Shown piece by piece: positions 40,289 to 51,089 of a stretch of DNA of 61,906 nt (position 1 is the stretch's first letter; each line of letters opens with the position of its first letter). Under the pieces are notes generated by a model that worked only from the letters and a program-made list of their open reading frames with translations, had not been told where the DNA came from and searched no databases. Position numbers and translations under genes: made by a program. The stretch covers positions 1-61,906 of the forward strand of contig DAIDJN010000080.1 of assembly GCA_027451365.1 (NCBI GenBank). The letters run 5' to 3'. The stretch comes from Phycisphaerales bacterium (lineage in GTDB: Bacteria; Planctomycetota; Phycisphaerae; WQYP01).

Positions 40289-41719
40289 TTACGCGGCTGC
40301 GGAACAGTCCAGCCCCTGACCGATGGCATCGGTTAAAGCCGCCAGACATTCGGCATCAATTGCTAATCCCACATCTTTTTCCATGATCGCCAGCGTGTCG
40401 GCCACCGGAACGGCCTTGCGGTATGGCCGTTCAGCGGTAATGGCATCAAAGATGTCGGCCGTGGTTAAAATGCGGACCTCCAAGGGGATTTCGCGGCTGA
40501 CAAGCCCGCGCGGGTACCCCTTACCATCCAGGCGTTCATGATGCGAACCGGCCACGAAGGCCAGTTCGGCAAAGATAGGAATCCGTTTAAGAATTTCCTC
40601 AGAAAAGGCGGGATGTTCCTTTACCTTCATCCATTCCTGGGGCGTCAGCTTTCCTGGTTTGTCCAGAATAGCGTTGCTGACAGCCAGCTTGCCGATGTCG
40701 TGAAGCAGGGCCGTCCGGTGCAGCCATCGCCGTTGCTGATGGGAGAATCCCATGGCGCGTGCAATGGCCACGGTGTATCGCGCCACACGGGAGGAATGAC
40801 CGAAAGTATAGGGACTTTTGGAGTCAATGACGCGGGCGAATGCGGCGGCAATTTCGTCCATCTGTGTATCATCAACCAGGCAGGCGTGAATGGAGGGTTC
40901 CAGAGATCGAACGCGCATATCCAGATTCGAATCATCCAGGGCACCGAAAAAATTCGGCTCAGCGGAAAGTTCGATGGCCGACTGCACAAGCATCGGGTCA
41001 AACCATGTCGCGCTCCGGTCGCGCATCTGCCGAATGGCTTCTGCAGCGCCGCCCACGCTATAAAACACCTCCGCTACCTGAGCCAGGAGCGCAATCCGGC
41101 TGACCAGAGGAATAGCGGTTCCGGACATGTGCGCCGGCCGCCCTTTGCCATTCCAGTGTTCCCCCAGACAGGCGATGCCTTCGGCGACGACTTCACTGAA
41201 GCCCATCTGCCGGGCTATTTCGGAACCACGTTCGCATCGTCCCTGTACCAGTTCAGTCTGCAGTTTTTCCCCATTGAGCGCAAGGTTAATAAAGCGGCCG
41301 ATTTTTTCACGAAGTGAAGCATCCGGTGCCAGGTTCGCCAGCACGAACCGCGCCACGCGTGTGAAACTCTGGGAATCCAGCGTTGCGTATTGTTGCTTTA
41401 TTTCCCGCTCGTCATTGGCGTAGAGTTCAAAAAGCCGCGCCGCATTGCTTGAACAGCCCGCATCCTTCAGCAGAATCGTGTAGTAAAGGTCGGACAATTC
41501 ACGTTCGCTTAAGTCCAGTCGATAGCCTATTTTCATTCCCAGCCAGCAGGCTCGCAAACAATGGCCGGGTGGCAGGCCCTCGGTCAGGTCCAGGGCGTAG
41601 CTTAGCGCGCCAATAAGCTCTGAAAGATACATATCCTTTGGCGCGCTGGACATGTTCATCCAGGCCAGCGGCGTATCGGTTAGACAAACCGACATGCCGC
41701 CATTTACCGCTGTTGTCAT
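40289..41719 (-). CDS. HD-GYP cyclic-dinucleotide phosphodiesterase-like protein (tandem HD domains)
   Basis: GHSSRV, LLHDIGK, HHERLDGKGYP, ADIFDA..RPYR; degenerate N-terminal HD (LLKDAGC); start uncertain. Confidence 0.88.
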   Translation of the reverse strand: MTTAVNGGMSVCLTDTPLAWMNMSSAPKDMYLSELIGALSYALDLTEGLPPGHCLRACWLGMKIGYRLDLSERELSDLYYTILLKDAGCSSNAARLFELYANDEREIKQQYATLDSQSFTRVARFVLANLAPDASLREKIGRFINLALNGEKLQTELVQGRCERGSEIARQMGFSEVVAEGIACLGEHWNGKGRPAHMSGTAIPLVSRIALLAQVAEVFYSVGGAAEAIRQMRDRSATWFDPMLVQSAIELSAEPNFFGALDDSNLDMRVRSLEPSIHACLVDDTQMDEIAAAFARVIDSKSPYTFGHSSRVARYTVAIARAMGFSHQQRRWLHRTALLHDIGKLAVSNAILDKPGKLTPQEWMKVKEHPAFSEEILKRIPIFAELAFVAGSHHERLDGKGYPRGLVSREIPLEVRILTTADIFDAITAERPYRKAVPVADTLAIMEKDVGLAIDAECLAALTDAIGQGLDCSAAA

Positions 41720-42075
41720 ACTCTCACCACCTGTCATATTCGTATTCCCTTCCAAGACTTCCAGCCAGCGGCCCATGCCGCGGATTTCACGACGGGTCGA
41801 ATGGCTCTATGCCGCAGAAATATCGACATTTCAGGGCTGCGGACGCCAATTCATTGCGACGGGATTTTGCCGGAATGAATCGGCACATCTGATCATGGCC
41901 TTCTTATGGGGCGTTTTCGATTTACCGGACACACCGCTGAAGAGCCAGCGGGGCCAGGCCACCACCGCTGGAATCGACTTGAGGCCCGATAAAGGGACAA
42001 TGCAGCACCGCGTCGCATGCGGTATCATCTGGAAGCCGACGGTGCGGTGGCTGTCTGGCGAACGGGAATGCGGGT

Positions 42076-44241
42076 ATGACCATTCAGCACTTTGTCCTGC
42101 AGATTGCAATCATTCTGCTGGTGGCGCGCGCCTGCGGCGCGGCGTTAAGGTCGGTGGGGCAGCCAGAGGTGATCGGTGAAATGATCGGCGGATTGCTGCT
42201 GGGGCCATCCGCGCTGGGCCTGTTGTGGCACGGAGCCGTGCAGAACTGGCTTTTTCCAAAGTCGTCCATGCCGCTGCTGAATCTGCTGGCCAGTCTGGGC
42301 GTGATTTTTTTCATGTTCATCGTGGGGCTGGAACTGGATATCGCCACATTGCGCGGCAAAGGAACCACCGTGGTTGCCACCGGCCTTTCGAGTCTGCTGG
42401 GACCGTTTATCTGCGGATTGGTTATCGCCTGGGGAATTCTACATTTTCACTTTATCACGACCACCGAGAAAAGTCCGCTGGCTTTTATTCTGATGGCGGC
42501 CACCGCGATGGCCATGACCGCGTTTCCCGTGCTGGCCCGCGTTATCAGCGATCTGAATCTGGGCAAAACGTCCGCCGGATTGCTGGCTATTCCAACAGCG
42601 GCCGTGCTGGATGTGGCTGGCTGGTGCCTGCTGGCAGTGGTGTACGACCTGGCGCGGGCGGATCTGACCGGAAACAGTTCGTCAATCCTGGGGTCCGTTT
42701 GGGTTGGCGGACGAACCGCAATGCTGGCGGCCGCCTATGTTATTGTCATGATGTTTGTGGTTCGCCGATTTCTCTGGCGGTTTTACGCCCACTTTGAAGT
42801 CCGCGGCCGCATGACGCGCAACGTTCTGGCCATCACGCTGTTTATGCTTCTGATGAGCGGACTTGTGACAGAAGTGCTGGGCATCAATGCGATATTCGGC
42901 GCGTTTATGATGGGGCTTATTTTTCCGGCCGATGAAGCTTTCGTGCGGCATATCACCTCCAAGCTGGAAGATATCACGCTGCTGGTCCTGATGCCGATCT
43001 TTTTTGCCACCGTCGGCCTGCATACCAATATCGCGGGGCTGGCAGGGGAAAATATCTGGCGGATATGGCTGGGCCTCGCGGGTCTGCTTTTTCTTATCAA
43101 ATTTCTGTTTTCAGCTGCGCCCGCCTGGTTTCTGGGAGCCAAAGCCGTTGATTCCGCCAAACTTGGCCTGTTGATGAACACCCATGGTGTGGTGGAACTT
43201 GTGGTTTTAAGCTTGGCGTGGCAGATGCATGCAATTCATTCCCACAGTCTGGCGCTGCTTATTCTGGTATTGCTGACGATTACAATTTTTTCATCGGGCC
43301 TCACCCGATTGATTGAATTTCCCGCGCAGCGGCGCAAATTGCGCCAGACCCTTTTTGCTCAGACGGCCGCCGACCCGGGTGAAAACGCAAATCACCTTCA
43401 TGTCCTGATTCCACTTTCTCAGCCAGACACGGCGGCGCTGCTGGTAAAAATGGCCACCAGTTTTATGGCCGGCAAGGCGGGCCGCATTACGGCATTGCGT
43501 ATGCTGGAACCGGGCAACTGGCAGTTGGCGCGGGAGGTACTTGGCCCAGCGGAGGTTGATCCTCTGGACGCGGCCACCCGTGAGGCGGAACGCCACCATG
43601 TGGCCATACAACCATTGAGTTTTCCGAGCCGTACGATTGCGCGCGATATCTGCCGCGTGGCTCAGCATCAGCACGCGGACTGGATTCTGCTGGGTGCACA
43701 CCGTGGAATATTGAATCCGTCCGCAATCGGCGGCGTGGTCCGTCAGGTATTGAAAAAATCTCCCTGCCACGTAGGCATTCTGATAAACAAAGGCCTTGGC
43801 GACCTGCGCCGCGTGCTGGTGCCATACCTCGGCGAGCCGCAAGACATCGGCGCCCTTTTGGCGGCACAACTGCTTAGCCGATCGGAGTCCGTGCAGATCA
43901 CCATTTTGCACGTGGTAAAGCCCGAACGAACGAAAGAAGGTGAGCAAATCGGCGTGAAAGGACTTGTCGACCGGTTCCTGCCAAATCCGGGTGGGGGAAA
44001 CAACATTCATATGCAGGTCATTCCCAGTGAAAATCCGCCTGCGGTTGTGGTCGAACAGTCGCGAAATCATGACCTGATTGTGCTGGGAATTTCCCCGCTG
44101 TGGAAACTCAGGCAGAATCTGCTCGGTCGCGCACCGAGTTTTGTCGCCCAGATGAGCGGCTGTTCAATTCTTGTGGTGCAGACCGCCGGCGGCGGTCAGG
44201 CAGCCACTCCGGCAGTTGCCGCCGAAAAGGCCCAGGCCTGA
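42076..44241 (+). CDS. cation:proton antiporter (CPA2/CHX-like) with C-terminal USP-like domains
   Basis: GQPEVIGEMIGGLLLGPS, TAFPVLAR, IFGAF, PIFFATVGL; IGGVVRQVLKKSPCHVGI. Confidence 0.92.
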   Translation: MTIQHFVLQIAIILLVARACGAALRSVGQPEVIGEMIGGLLLGPSALGLLWHGAVQNWLFPKSSMPLLNLLASLGVIFFMFIVGLELDIATLRGKGTTVVATGLSSLLGPFICGLVIAWGILHFHFITTTEKSPLAFILMAATAMAMTAFPVLARVISDLNLGKTSAGLLAIPTAAVLDVAGWCLLAVVYDLARADLTGNSSSILGSVWVGGRTAMLAAAYVIVMMFVVRRFLWRFYAHFEVRGRMTRNVLAITLFMLLMSGLVTEVLGINAIFGAFMMGLIFPADEAFVRHITSKLEDITLLVLMPIFFATVGLHTNIAGLAGENIWRIWLGLAGLLFLIKFLFSAAPAWFLGAKAVDSAKLGLLMNTHGVVELVVLSLAWQMHAIHSHSLALLILVLLTITIFSSGLTRLIEFPAQRRKLRQTLFAQTAADPGENANHLHVLIPLSQPDTAALLVKMATSFMAGKAGRITALRMLEPGNWQLAREVLGPAEVDPLDAATREAERHHVAIQPLSFPSRTIARDICRVAQHQHADWILLGAHRGILNPSAIGGVVRQVLKKSPCHVGILINKGLGDLRRVLVPYLGEPQDIGALLAAQLLSRSESVQITILHVVKPERTKEGEQIGVKGLVDRFLPNPGGGNNIHMQVIPSENPPAVVVEQSRNHDLIVLGISPLWKLRQNLLGRAPSFVAQMSGCSILVVQTAGGGQAATPAVAAEKAQA

Positions 44242-44771
44242 GAACCCGTTTTCCAGTCCGGACAAATAGCCAAACGGGTGGGATCCTGATTGCATCGAAT
44301 CATGATGAATTGCGCCACACAAAAGGCGCACAGTCTGCCCTTCATGACTATGCGACAAACCGTTTGTGGGCAGCGGCGAAGCTGAATCGGGCGGCCAAAT
44401 AAACGATAGACCGTCTATCTGGCGGACAAGATGGCGGCAACGATGGATTTCACACCGCACCGCGGAGAACATTAAGAGCGGCGATTTTCAAATGTTTGAT
44501 CACGTTCAGTTATTGGCGGCATGTGGTATAAATCGTCAGCACAATCAAATCCGCTACGCGGCGTGGTGACACTCCCAAATCCGCTCACGCGCCCCAAAAT
44601 GTTTTTTGGCAATCGCGATCACCTCCCGCACCTGCTGAATCCCGCAGCGCCACCGCCAGTTGCCCCACATGCCCCGACCAGCAATGCATGTGCTTGCAAT
44701 CGAAACGCGTGCCCCAGACTTTATTGACCGCAGAGGCACGTCGGGAATTGAAAATTGTGAGAGTGCAAATG

Positions 44772-46826
44772 TTACGTGCGAAGCTGTGCGCCAAACCGGG
44801 AGGCCAGCAAATCCACGGCATTTTGAACCTGCTGTTCCACATGTTCCGAACGCAATGTTCCAGCCGAATCGCGGAAGACCAGGCTAAAAGTCAGACTTTT
44901 AACGCCCTCCTGAACCTGCTTGCCGCGATAGGTTCCGGTAAAGCTAATCTGTTCCAGGAATTTCAGCCCAGCGGCGGCCAACGTGTCGCGCACGTCCGCC
45001 CAACGGACAGATAGAGGCAGAACTAGCGATAAATCGCGGCAAACCGCCGGGAACCGCGGCACGGGAACCGCGGTCCGCATCGGCACAAACAGGTTGATGA
45101 GTGCGGGCAGATTTAGCTCGGCACCCGCTGCGGCATGACGCAGGTCATAATGTTTCATCACATCCGCGCTGAATTCACCGGCAAATCCAATGTGCGTACC
45201 GGCGGACGATTCACCGGACGGGCTGATTTGGTCTGGATGCGCAATTAGCGCGGCGGAAATTCCCGTCGCCATTCCCGGCACAGCCGTCGGCGTTTGCCGA
45301 AGCATCAGCCGCGGATTGATCGCATTTAACATCACCTCCACCACGCCGAGCACTTCAGTGATGCTATTGCCCACAATTGCGAGGCGCAATTCTTCGCTTG
45401 GCGGCACCGTCGGGCTTTCGGCCGCCTGCCAGTAGGCACGCGCAATTTCAAATAGTCGGGGGGCTGACTGACCGGCGCTCTGATTCAACTTGCGCGCCGC
45501 CAGCAGGCCGGGCAGAATGGACGGCCGCAGCAAATTGGCGGATTTCCGCACCGCATCGCTGACGCGCGCCGCAGACCGGTTCGGCGGCATAAAAAGGTCA
45601 ATCTCATGATGATCCACAAAACTGTAAGTAACGACCTCATGCCAGCCGGCGGCACACAAACTGTTCCGTACGACCTGCCGCGCGCGTTCCGTATCTTCCA
45701 CCGGAGCCACTGTGTGCGTGACGGCTGCTCCCAACGGAACACGGCCATATCCCCAAACGCGCACAATTTCTTCAATCAGGTCTATTTCCCGCGTAATATC
45801 CGATCGATAGGAAGGAATACGGCAGACAATTCCGCCGGTCTGCGGGTCTGATTGCGGATGCAGATGCAGATGCCCAAGAATCGAGACCACCTCTTCCAGA
45901 GGTACAACGGTGCCCAGAATTTCACGGATGCGTGCAAGACGAAGTTTGACCGTCACGTCTGGTATGACCGCCCTGCCTGCCATAAGCAGACCTGTAGCCA
46001 GCTCGCCGCCCGCCAGTTCAACAATGAGTTGAGCCGCCCGCCGTGAGGCGAATTCCACCATGGCCGGATCAACACCGCGCTGGAAACGAAACGACGAATC
46101 GGACGACAACCCCAGGCGGCGCGCCGTAGCCCGAACGGAAAGCCGATCAAACCCGGCGGATTCCAGCACAATGTCGCCCGTAGCCGAGGTCACTTCGCTT
46201 TCTTTGCCGCCCATAATGCCCGCAATTGCCAGCGGGGAAACCGCGTCGGCAATCACCAGCGTATCACTGTCCAGTGGATAACTGCGTCCGTCTATCGCCA
46301 GCAGCGATTCGTTTTCACCCGCGGTGTCAACCGTCAGGCGGCCGCCGCGCACCTGGGCAAAATCAAAAGCGTGCAATGGCTGACCGGTTTCCATCAGAAC
46401 GTAATTGGTTACGTCCACCACATTGTTGACACTGCGCAAACCGATGCTTTCCAGCGACTCGCGCAGCCACGCCGGCGAGGGTCCGACTTTCACATTGCGC
46501 AGCAGCCGTGCCGTATAGACCGGGCAATACTCCGGCGCAAGTATCGATACCTGAAGGTCCTTTTCCGCTGCGGCTCCGGTTTCCATCAGCGTCACCACCG
46601 GCGGCCTGAAATGACGATGCAGAAGCGCCGCCAGCTCCCGTGCCAAGCCAAGATGACTGAAACAATCCGTGCGGTTGCTGGTCACTTCCACATCCAGCAC
46701 GTCGATGCCCCCGACCTTGTCCACGTGCTCCACCACCAGGCCTGCGTTGATCAGCGCTTCCTGGGCGGCGGCGGCTTCCACCGGCCGGTCGAGATACTGA
46801 TTGATCCAATTGATCGCGATTTTCAT
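44772..46826 (-). CDS. pheT: phenylalanine--tRNA ligase beta subunit (short form)
   Basis: TSNRTDCFSH, NNVVDVTNYV..GQPLHAFD, RSDITREIDLIEE, C-terminal RFPAVCRDLS (FDX-ACB). Confidence 0.96.
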   Translation of the reverse strand: MKIAINWINQYLDRPVEAAAAQEALINAGLVVEHVDKVGGIDVLDVEVTSNRTDCFSHLGLARELAALLHRHFRPPVVTLMETGAAAEKDLQVSILAPEYCPVYTARLLRNVKVGPSPAWLRESLESIGLRSVNNVVDVTNYVLMETGQPLHAFDFAQVRGGRLTVDTAGENESLLAIDGRSYPLDSDTLVIADAVSPLAIAGIMGGKESEVTSATGDIVLESAGFDRLSVRATARRLGLSSDSSFRFQRGVDPAMVEFASRRAAQLIVELAGGELATGLLMAGRAVIPDVTVKLRLARIREILGTVVPLEEVVSILGHLHLHPQSDPQTGGIVCRIPSYRSDITREIDLIEEIVRVWGYGRVPLGAAVTHTVAPVEDTERARQVVRNSLCAAGWHEVVTYSFVDHHEIDLFMPPNRSAARVSDAVRKSANLLRPSILPGLLAARKLNQSAGQSAPRLFEIARAYWQAAESPTVPPSEELRLAIVGNSITEVLGVVEVMLNAINPRLMLRQTPTAVPGMATGISAALIAHPDQISPSGESSAGTHIGFAGEFSADVMKHYDLRHAAAGAELNLPALINLFVPMRTAVPVPRFPAVCRDLSLVLPLSVRWADVRDTLAAAGLKFLEQISFTGTYRGKQVQEGVKSLTFSLVFRDSAGTLRSEHVEQQVQNAVDLLASRFGAQLRT

Positions 46827-46931
46827 GTCTGGTTCCGGACGCCTGCGCGGTACAACTGCTTAACCCGGTGTCAGGCCTTCGCCGGGGCGCCGCAGAAACA
46901 CAATCTGGCGGCATTGCCTGGGGTGCGGCCT

Positions 46932-48911
46932 TCACTGCACAGGCACAAACCCGCTGCGTGCCACCACAGATTTATACCTTAGCCAATTCCCGAGATATAA
47001 CTGGCGCATCTGAAAATTCAGCACGGATGCGCCACCTACGCGGACATAGGAGGCCGCAAGCACATTTGCCGGCAATGGCCGGGCGTGAACCAGTTGCAGC
47101 ACGAACACTTCCAGCCGCGGGTCCACCGCGATGCAGGTCGCCGGCTTGCCAGCCAACCGGGCAATCAGCGCGGAAAGTTTTTCGGTTTTCAAAAGCTGCG
47201 CGGCGGTCTCTGGCCGGGTGGACTTGGCCACCTTCATGGCCTGCTCCTGGCGGGCCAGCCGGATGGAGGCACGGGTCAACTGCCCCAGTCGTCCATGCAC
47301 GCCTGGCACATAAGAAGGAACCAAAATGTTAATTGCCTCACCCGAGGCGTCATAACCCACCGGATAGCGGGTCAGGGCGGTGAAGGCATTGGGAAATTGA
47401 ACCGGCAAGGTCTCTTTTTTGGCTACCGCGGCCAAGCCGATTTTCACAGCCAGCGCGGCCAGTACAGCCCCGCGGGCCGTGTCGGCTTTGTACGCCTCCA
47501 GCAACCGGGCGTCGTGCACAACCTGTGCCTGCACCTGTTTCAGCGTTTTGGGATCATGCGCCGGACTGACCGCTGTGACGCGATAGATATAATCGTTACC
47601 CTTTGAATCAGTCAGAACAGGACCGTCGCGGCCTACCTGCAGGTGCAGCAGCAGGCCAAGACCTTTGCTATGGAGATCCAGTTCATGCACCTTCATGGCC
47701 AATGTCGCCAAGCCCACCGGAGCAGAAAATCCACTTTCCGTCACGCCGGCCTGACCAATTCCACGCAAGCTGGAAAGCGCGGAAGCATCCGCCCACTGGT
47801 TCCAGGTTGCAACCAATGGCGTATAGCCGAAGCGCTTGCCGATTTTGGCGGCAATCCCCTTGTAGGACGCCCATTTGGCCGCGGGCATGGCGGCATATAA
47901 GCCGTCAATTTCCGGATTCGCCCATACCTTGCCGGTCTGCCGCGTGGCATATTCGGTCATCCGACGGAACAACAGTTCAATCCGCTTGTCCTGCTGTTGG
48001 CGGATCAATTTTGCTTTCACCGCTGCGAACGGCTTATAGACCGTTGGAGCGGAAGTGCTATCGGCGCTGGCGGGCGGTTCCACCGCGAATTCATCGCGAT
48101 GGTTCTGGTAATAGCGGTATGCCGCCTGCACATCGGCAAATGTTACCTTCATGCCGGCGCGCACTTTGGCGCTTTGAAACTTCATAAATTCAATTTTCAC
48201 CCGGTCCGGATACCGGTACCCAAACGGATACTGATGCCCGGCCACCGTCGGCGGTGCCGCCGGTGAAGACGGATCCCATGGCAACATGGTGCGATAGCGA
48301 CTGAACAGGGTTTGAAGCAGGGCGGTGCCGGGCGACGGCATGGCACCGGCATTGTCGGCCGCACGAAGACGAATGTAGCCAATTTGTAAAGACGACTCCA
48401 GTTCGCTGATGGTGTGCGCCAACTGCGGATCGCTGGGCTGGGCGGCGCCATACACGAAATTCGCCAATGCCTGAATTTGGTTGTAATCGCCGATCGCCTG
48501 CACAATATTCTGGGCAACGTAACTGGAATTCTGCATAACGGCTTCCACGCGTTTTTGCACGCGCTTATCGCTTAGCTCCGCAGCCGCCGTGTTGTAGTCC
48601 GGCAGAAATCCATTTTGGCGGGCTTCGCGCAAAAGCAGATAAAACTGGATCGCCGCATCGGTATTGTTCCGCTGCGAGAGCCAGGGAACCAATCCTGGAT
48701 TCAAGCGGCGCAGGATGCGCACGTCAATAGTGGCGATCGTCAGATCGCCCGTCGTCAGTGGCTGACCGTCCAGTTTACCAATGACAAAGCTGGATCCTCC
48801 CTTGCCCATGCCCGAGGTATACGAATACCCGGCCAGGAACACAATCATCAGGATGACGCCAAAGAACGCCATCAGGGGTTTGCTGTATTTACGCATCAAG
48901 GTTATGGACAT
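46932..48911 (-). CDS. membrane-anchored PpiD/SurA-N-like periplasmic chaperone (putative)
   Basis: N-terminal MRK..K + TM helix, IGKLDGQPL, PDRVKIEF, AYRYYQNHRDEF, KPFAAVK resemble the PpiD scaffold; no clear parvulin motif. Confidence 0.55.
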   Translation of the reverse strand: MSITLMRKYSKPLMAFFGVILMIVFLAGYSYTSGMGKGGSSFVIGKLDGQPLTTGDLTIATIDVRILRRLNPGLVPWLSQRNNTDAAIQFYLLLREARQNGFLPDYNTAAAELSDKRVQKRVEAVMQNSSYVAQNIVQAIGDYNQIQALANFVYGAAQPSDPQLAHTISELESSLQIGYIRLRAADNAGAMPSPGTALLQTLFSRYRTMLPWDPSSPAAPPTVAGHQYPFGYRYPDRVKIEFMKFQSAKVRAGMKVTFADVQAAYRYYQNHRDEFAVEPPASADSTSAPTVYKPFAAVKAKLIRQQQDKRIELLFRRMTEYATRQTGKVWANPEIDGLYAAMPAAKWASYKGIAAKIGKRFGYTPLVATWNQWADASALSSLRGIGQAGVTESGFSAPVGLATLAMKVHELDLHSKGLGLLLHLQVGRDGPVLTDSKGNDYIYRVTAVSPAHDPKTLKQVQAQVVHDARLLEAYKADTARGAVLAALAVKIGLAAVAKKETLPVQFPNAFTALTRYPVGYDASGEAINILVPSYVPGVHGRLGQLTRASIRLARQEQAMKVAKSTRPETAAQLLKTEKLSALIARLAGKPATCIAVDPRLEVFVLQLVHARPLPANVLAASYVRVGGASVLNFQMRQLYLGNWLRYKSVVARSGFVPVQ

Positions 48912-48979
48912 CGCCGTTTCCTGTTCTATTGCCGTCTGCCAGTACCGGCCCGCAAGGTCGGTTCTTCCGCAAGTCCTTG

Positions 48980-49008
48980 AGCATAAGCGAACCGAAGCAG
49001 AGCGTAAA
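48980..49008 (-). promoter_or_regulatory. promoter of the PpiD-like/pheT unit
   Basis: TTTACG-17 nt-TATGCT. Confidence 0.55.
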
Positions 49009-49150
49009 TATCCCGGCGTGGCAGGGAGGCTTAAAAGGGGGCTGCCAGTTTTTCCAGCGGGTCAGGCGTTTTCCTGGGAGGGCTGCGCCGTTGGGGAAGA
49101 TTCGGAGGCCCGTCGTAGAGTGACTGGAGCCGTGCCGGTGGTTACTGCAT

Positions 49151-49171
49151 GCCAAGACGCCCGCCCCCCAC
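49151..49171. repeat. degenerate solo copy of the REP-like element
   Basis: gccaagacgcccgccccccac versus ggcaagatgcccgccccccaac in the 54.8 kb array. Confidence 0.6.
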
Positions 49172-49215
49172 GTTAGGATTCAGTTGTGGCGGAAAGCATT
49201 TTAGAAGACAGAAAA

Positions 49216-50325
49216 TTATGATTCAGACGGGTTGCCCAGCCGTTGGGCCGTCTGCCGCCGGGCAATATCACAGGCCATCAGAATTGCCGATCGCATGGAA
49301 CCGGCATCCGCACGGTTGCGGCCAACAAGATTAAAGGCTGTGCCGTGGTCCACACTGGTTCGCACAATCGGCAGCCCAAGCGTCAGGTTCACGCTGCCGG
49401 AAAAGTCCAGCAATTTTACTGGAATCAGCCCCTGGTCATGGTACATGGCCACCACCAGGTCATAAGTCCCCTGTGCGGCCTGTACAAAAATGGTGTCCGC
49501 GCTGAACGGACCGTGCACATCCATCCCCTGCTGCCGGGCCATAAGAATGGCAGGTTCAATAATGCGCTTTTCTTCATCACCAAATTGCCCATTTTCACCC
49601 GCATGAGGATTCAGCCCGCATACGGCAATCCGCGGCTTTTCAATACCGAACCAATCAATCAAGGCCTGATGGGCCAGATCAATCGGGTCAAAAACCGTCC
49701 CTATTTTGAAACTGTGCCGAAGCTCAAACAATGGCTCATGAATGGTGCACAACACAACTTTCAGGCCTTTATGGCTACTGATAAGCGGAGGGGTGCCGAC
49801 GGCCAGCGACGGCGTTTCAGCCGCCGATACCGGCGTTCGAGCGTTGGCGGCGAACATCATCGCAAAACGCCTGGCACCGGTACGTTCGGCCAGCATTTCC
49901 GTATGCCCAGGCCAACGGTTATAACCCGCCATTTTCCAGCTTTCCTTGCAGATCGGCCCGGTTACCATTGCATCAATCCGGCGTGTTTTTGCCGCTTCCA
50001 AGGCATCCACCACAAATCGCATGGAGGCCACGCCGCCGAGTTTCGAGGGAGCTTTAAGGTCCATACCCATAAAACCGAAATCGTCGTAATCCAGCACCAC
50101 CACATCCTGGTCGTAGGGGCGCAACCGCTCCGGCTGGTCGCGCCACCAGAACGGTTCAATTTCAGCCATATCTGCAGAATAAGACAGCAATTCGTTAAAG
50201 CCGAAAATCACGAATCTCGCCTGCCGACGCACTTCCGGCGCGGCCAACGCTTTGACGATCACCTCGGCTCCTATGCCGGCCGGGTCGCCCATGGTGATGC
50301 CTATGGTAGGCAACGTGCCGCTCAT
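49216..50325 (-). CDS. pdxA: 4-hydroxythreonine-4-phosphate dehydrogenase
   Basis: ITMGDPAGIGAEV, GHTE, GLNPHAGE, AMYHDQGLIP, RTSVDHGTA; ATGA overlap with ribE. Confidence 0.95.
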   Translation of the reverse strand: MSGTLPTIGITMGDPAGIGAEVIVKALAAPEVRRQARFVIFGFNELLSYSADMAEIEPFWWRDQPERLRPYDQDVVVLDYDDFGFMGMDLKAPSKLGGVASMRFVVDALEAAKTRRIDAMVTGPICKESWKMAGYNRWPGHTEMLAERTGARRFAMMFAANARTPVSAAETPSLAVGTPPLISSHKGLKVVLCTIHEPLFELRHSFKIGTVFDPIDLAHQALIDWFGIEKPRIAVCGLNPHAGENGQFGDEEKRIIEPAILMARQQGMDVHGPFSADTIFVQAAQGTYDLVVAMYHDQGLIPVKLLDFSGSVNLTLGLPIVRTSVDHGTAFNLVGRNRADAGSMRSAILMACDIARRQTAQRLGNPSES

Positions 50326-50969
50326 GTCCGCACCCCGGTTCCCGCCACAGCCACCGCCGGTGAACACCCGGGCACCATGTCCCGCAAATAATTCAAAATG
50401 GTGCGGGCCAGAATATCAGTTTCCACATTCACCTTTTCACCCGGGCGCAAGCGCCCCAACGTGGTCTGTCGAAGGGTGGTCGGTATAACCGCCACCGTAA
50501 AATCTCGGTTGGTCACTCGGGCGACGGTCATGGAAACACCGTCCAATGCCACGCTGCCCTTGTCCACCAGCAGACCGCGACACTCTTGCGGCAATGAAAA
50601 TGTGATACGCCAGTCTTCAGCGGACATTTTCACTTCCAGAACCGTGGTCACAGCGTCCACATGGCCTTGTACGAAATGGCCGCCCAGAGGATCGCCGGCG
50701 CGCAAGCTTGGTTCCAGATTCACACGATCCCCGATTTGTTTGTCGCCCAATGTGGTGCGGGCCAGCGTTTCGCTGATCACGTCAAAACTCAACGCACCAT
50801 CGGCGGGCGGGCCGGCCACCGAAAGGCAGACACCAGCGACCGCAATGGAGTCTCCGGATTTAATGGCCGCCATGGGCAACTCGCACGGGTTCACCCAAAG
50901 CCGCCGTCCCGCCCCGGTTGGTTCGTTGGCGGCAATTGTACCCATAGCCTGTACAAGCCCTGTAAACAT
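50322..50969 (-). CDS. ribE: riboflavin synthase (alpha chain)
   Basis: MFTGLV, GDSIAVAGVCLSV, GGHFVQGHVD, KGSVALDGVS, VNVETD. Confidence 0.97.
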   Translation of the reverse strand: MFTGLVQAMGTIAANEPTGAGRRLWVNPCELPMAAIKSGDSIAVAGVCLSVAGPPADGALSFDVISETLARTTLGDKQIGDRVNLEPSLRAGDPLGGHFVQGHVDAVTTVLEVKMSAEDWRITFSLPQECRGLLVDKGSVALDGVSMTVARVTNRDFTVAVIPTTLRQTTLGRLRPGEKVNVETDILARTILNYLRDMVPGCSPAVAVAGTGVRT

Positions 50970-51089
50970 GGCACCATTCTAGCGAATTTAGCGCAAGAAT
51001 TCCCGCGTCCGCAATATTTCGTCGCGGTCAGCCATTCCGGCAATGCGCCAGCGGCATGGCGGAGGGTTGAGTATCCCGCGGGGGGAATA

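Noticed and set aside
48912..49215. Cobalamin or other riboswitch
   Set aside because: The conserved cores are absent; the region is explained by a promoter and a degenerate REP copy
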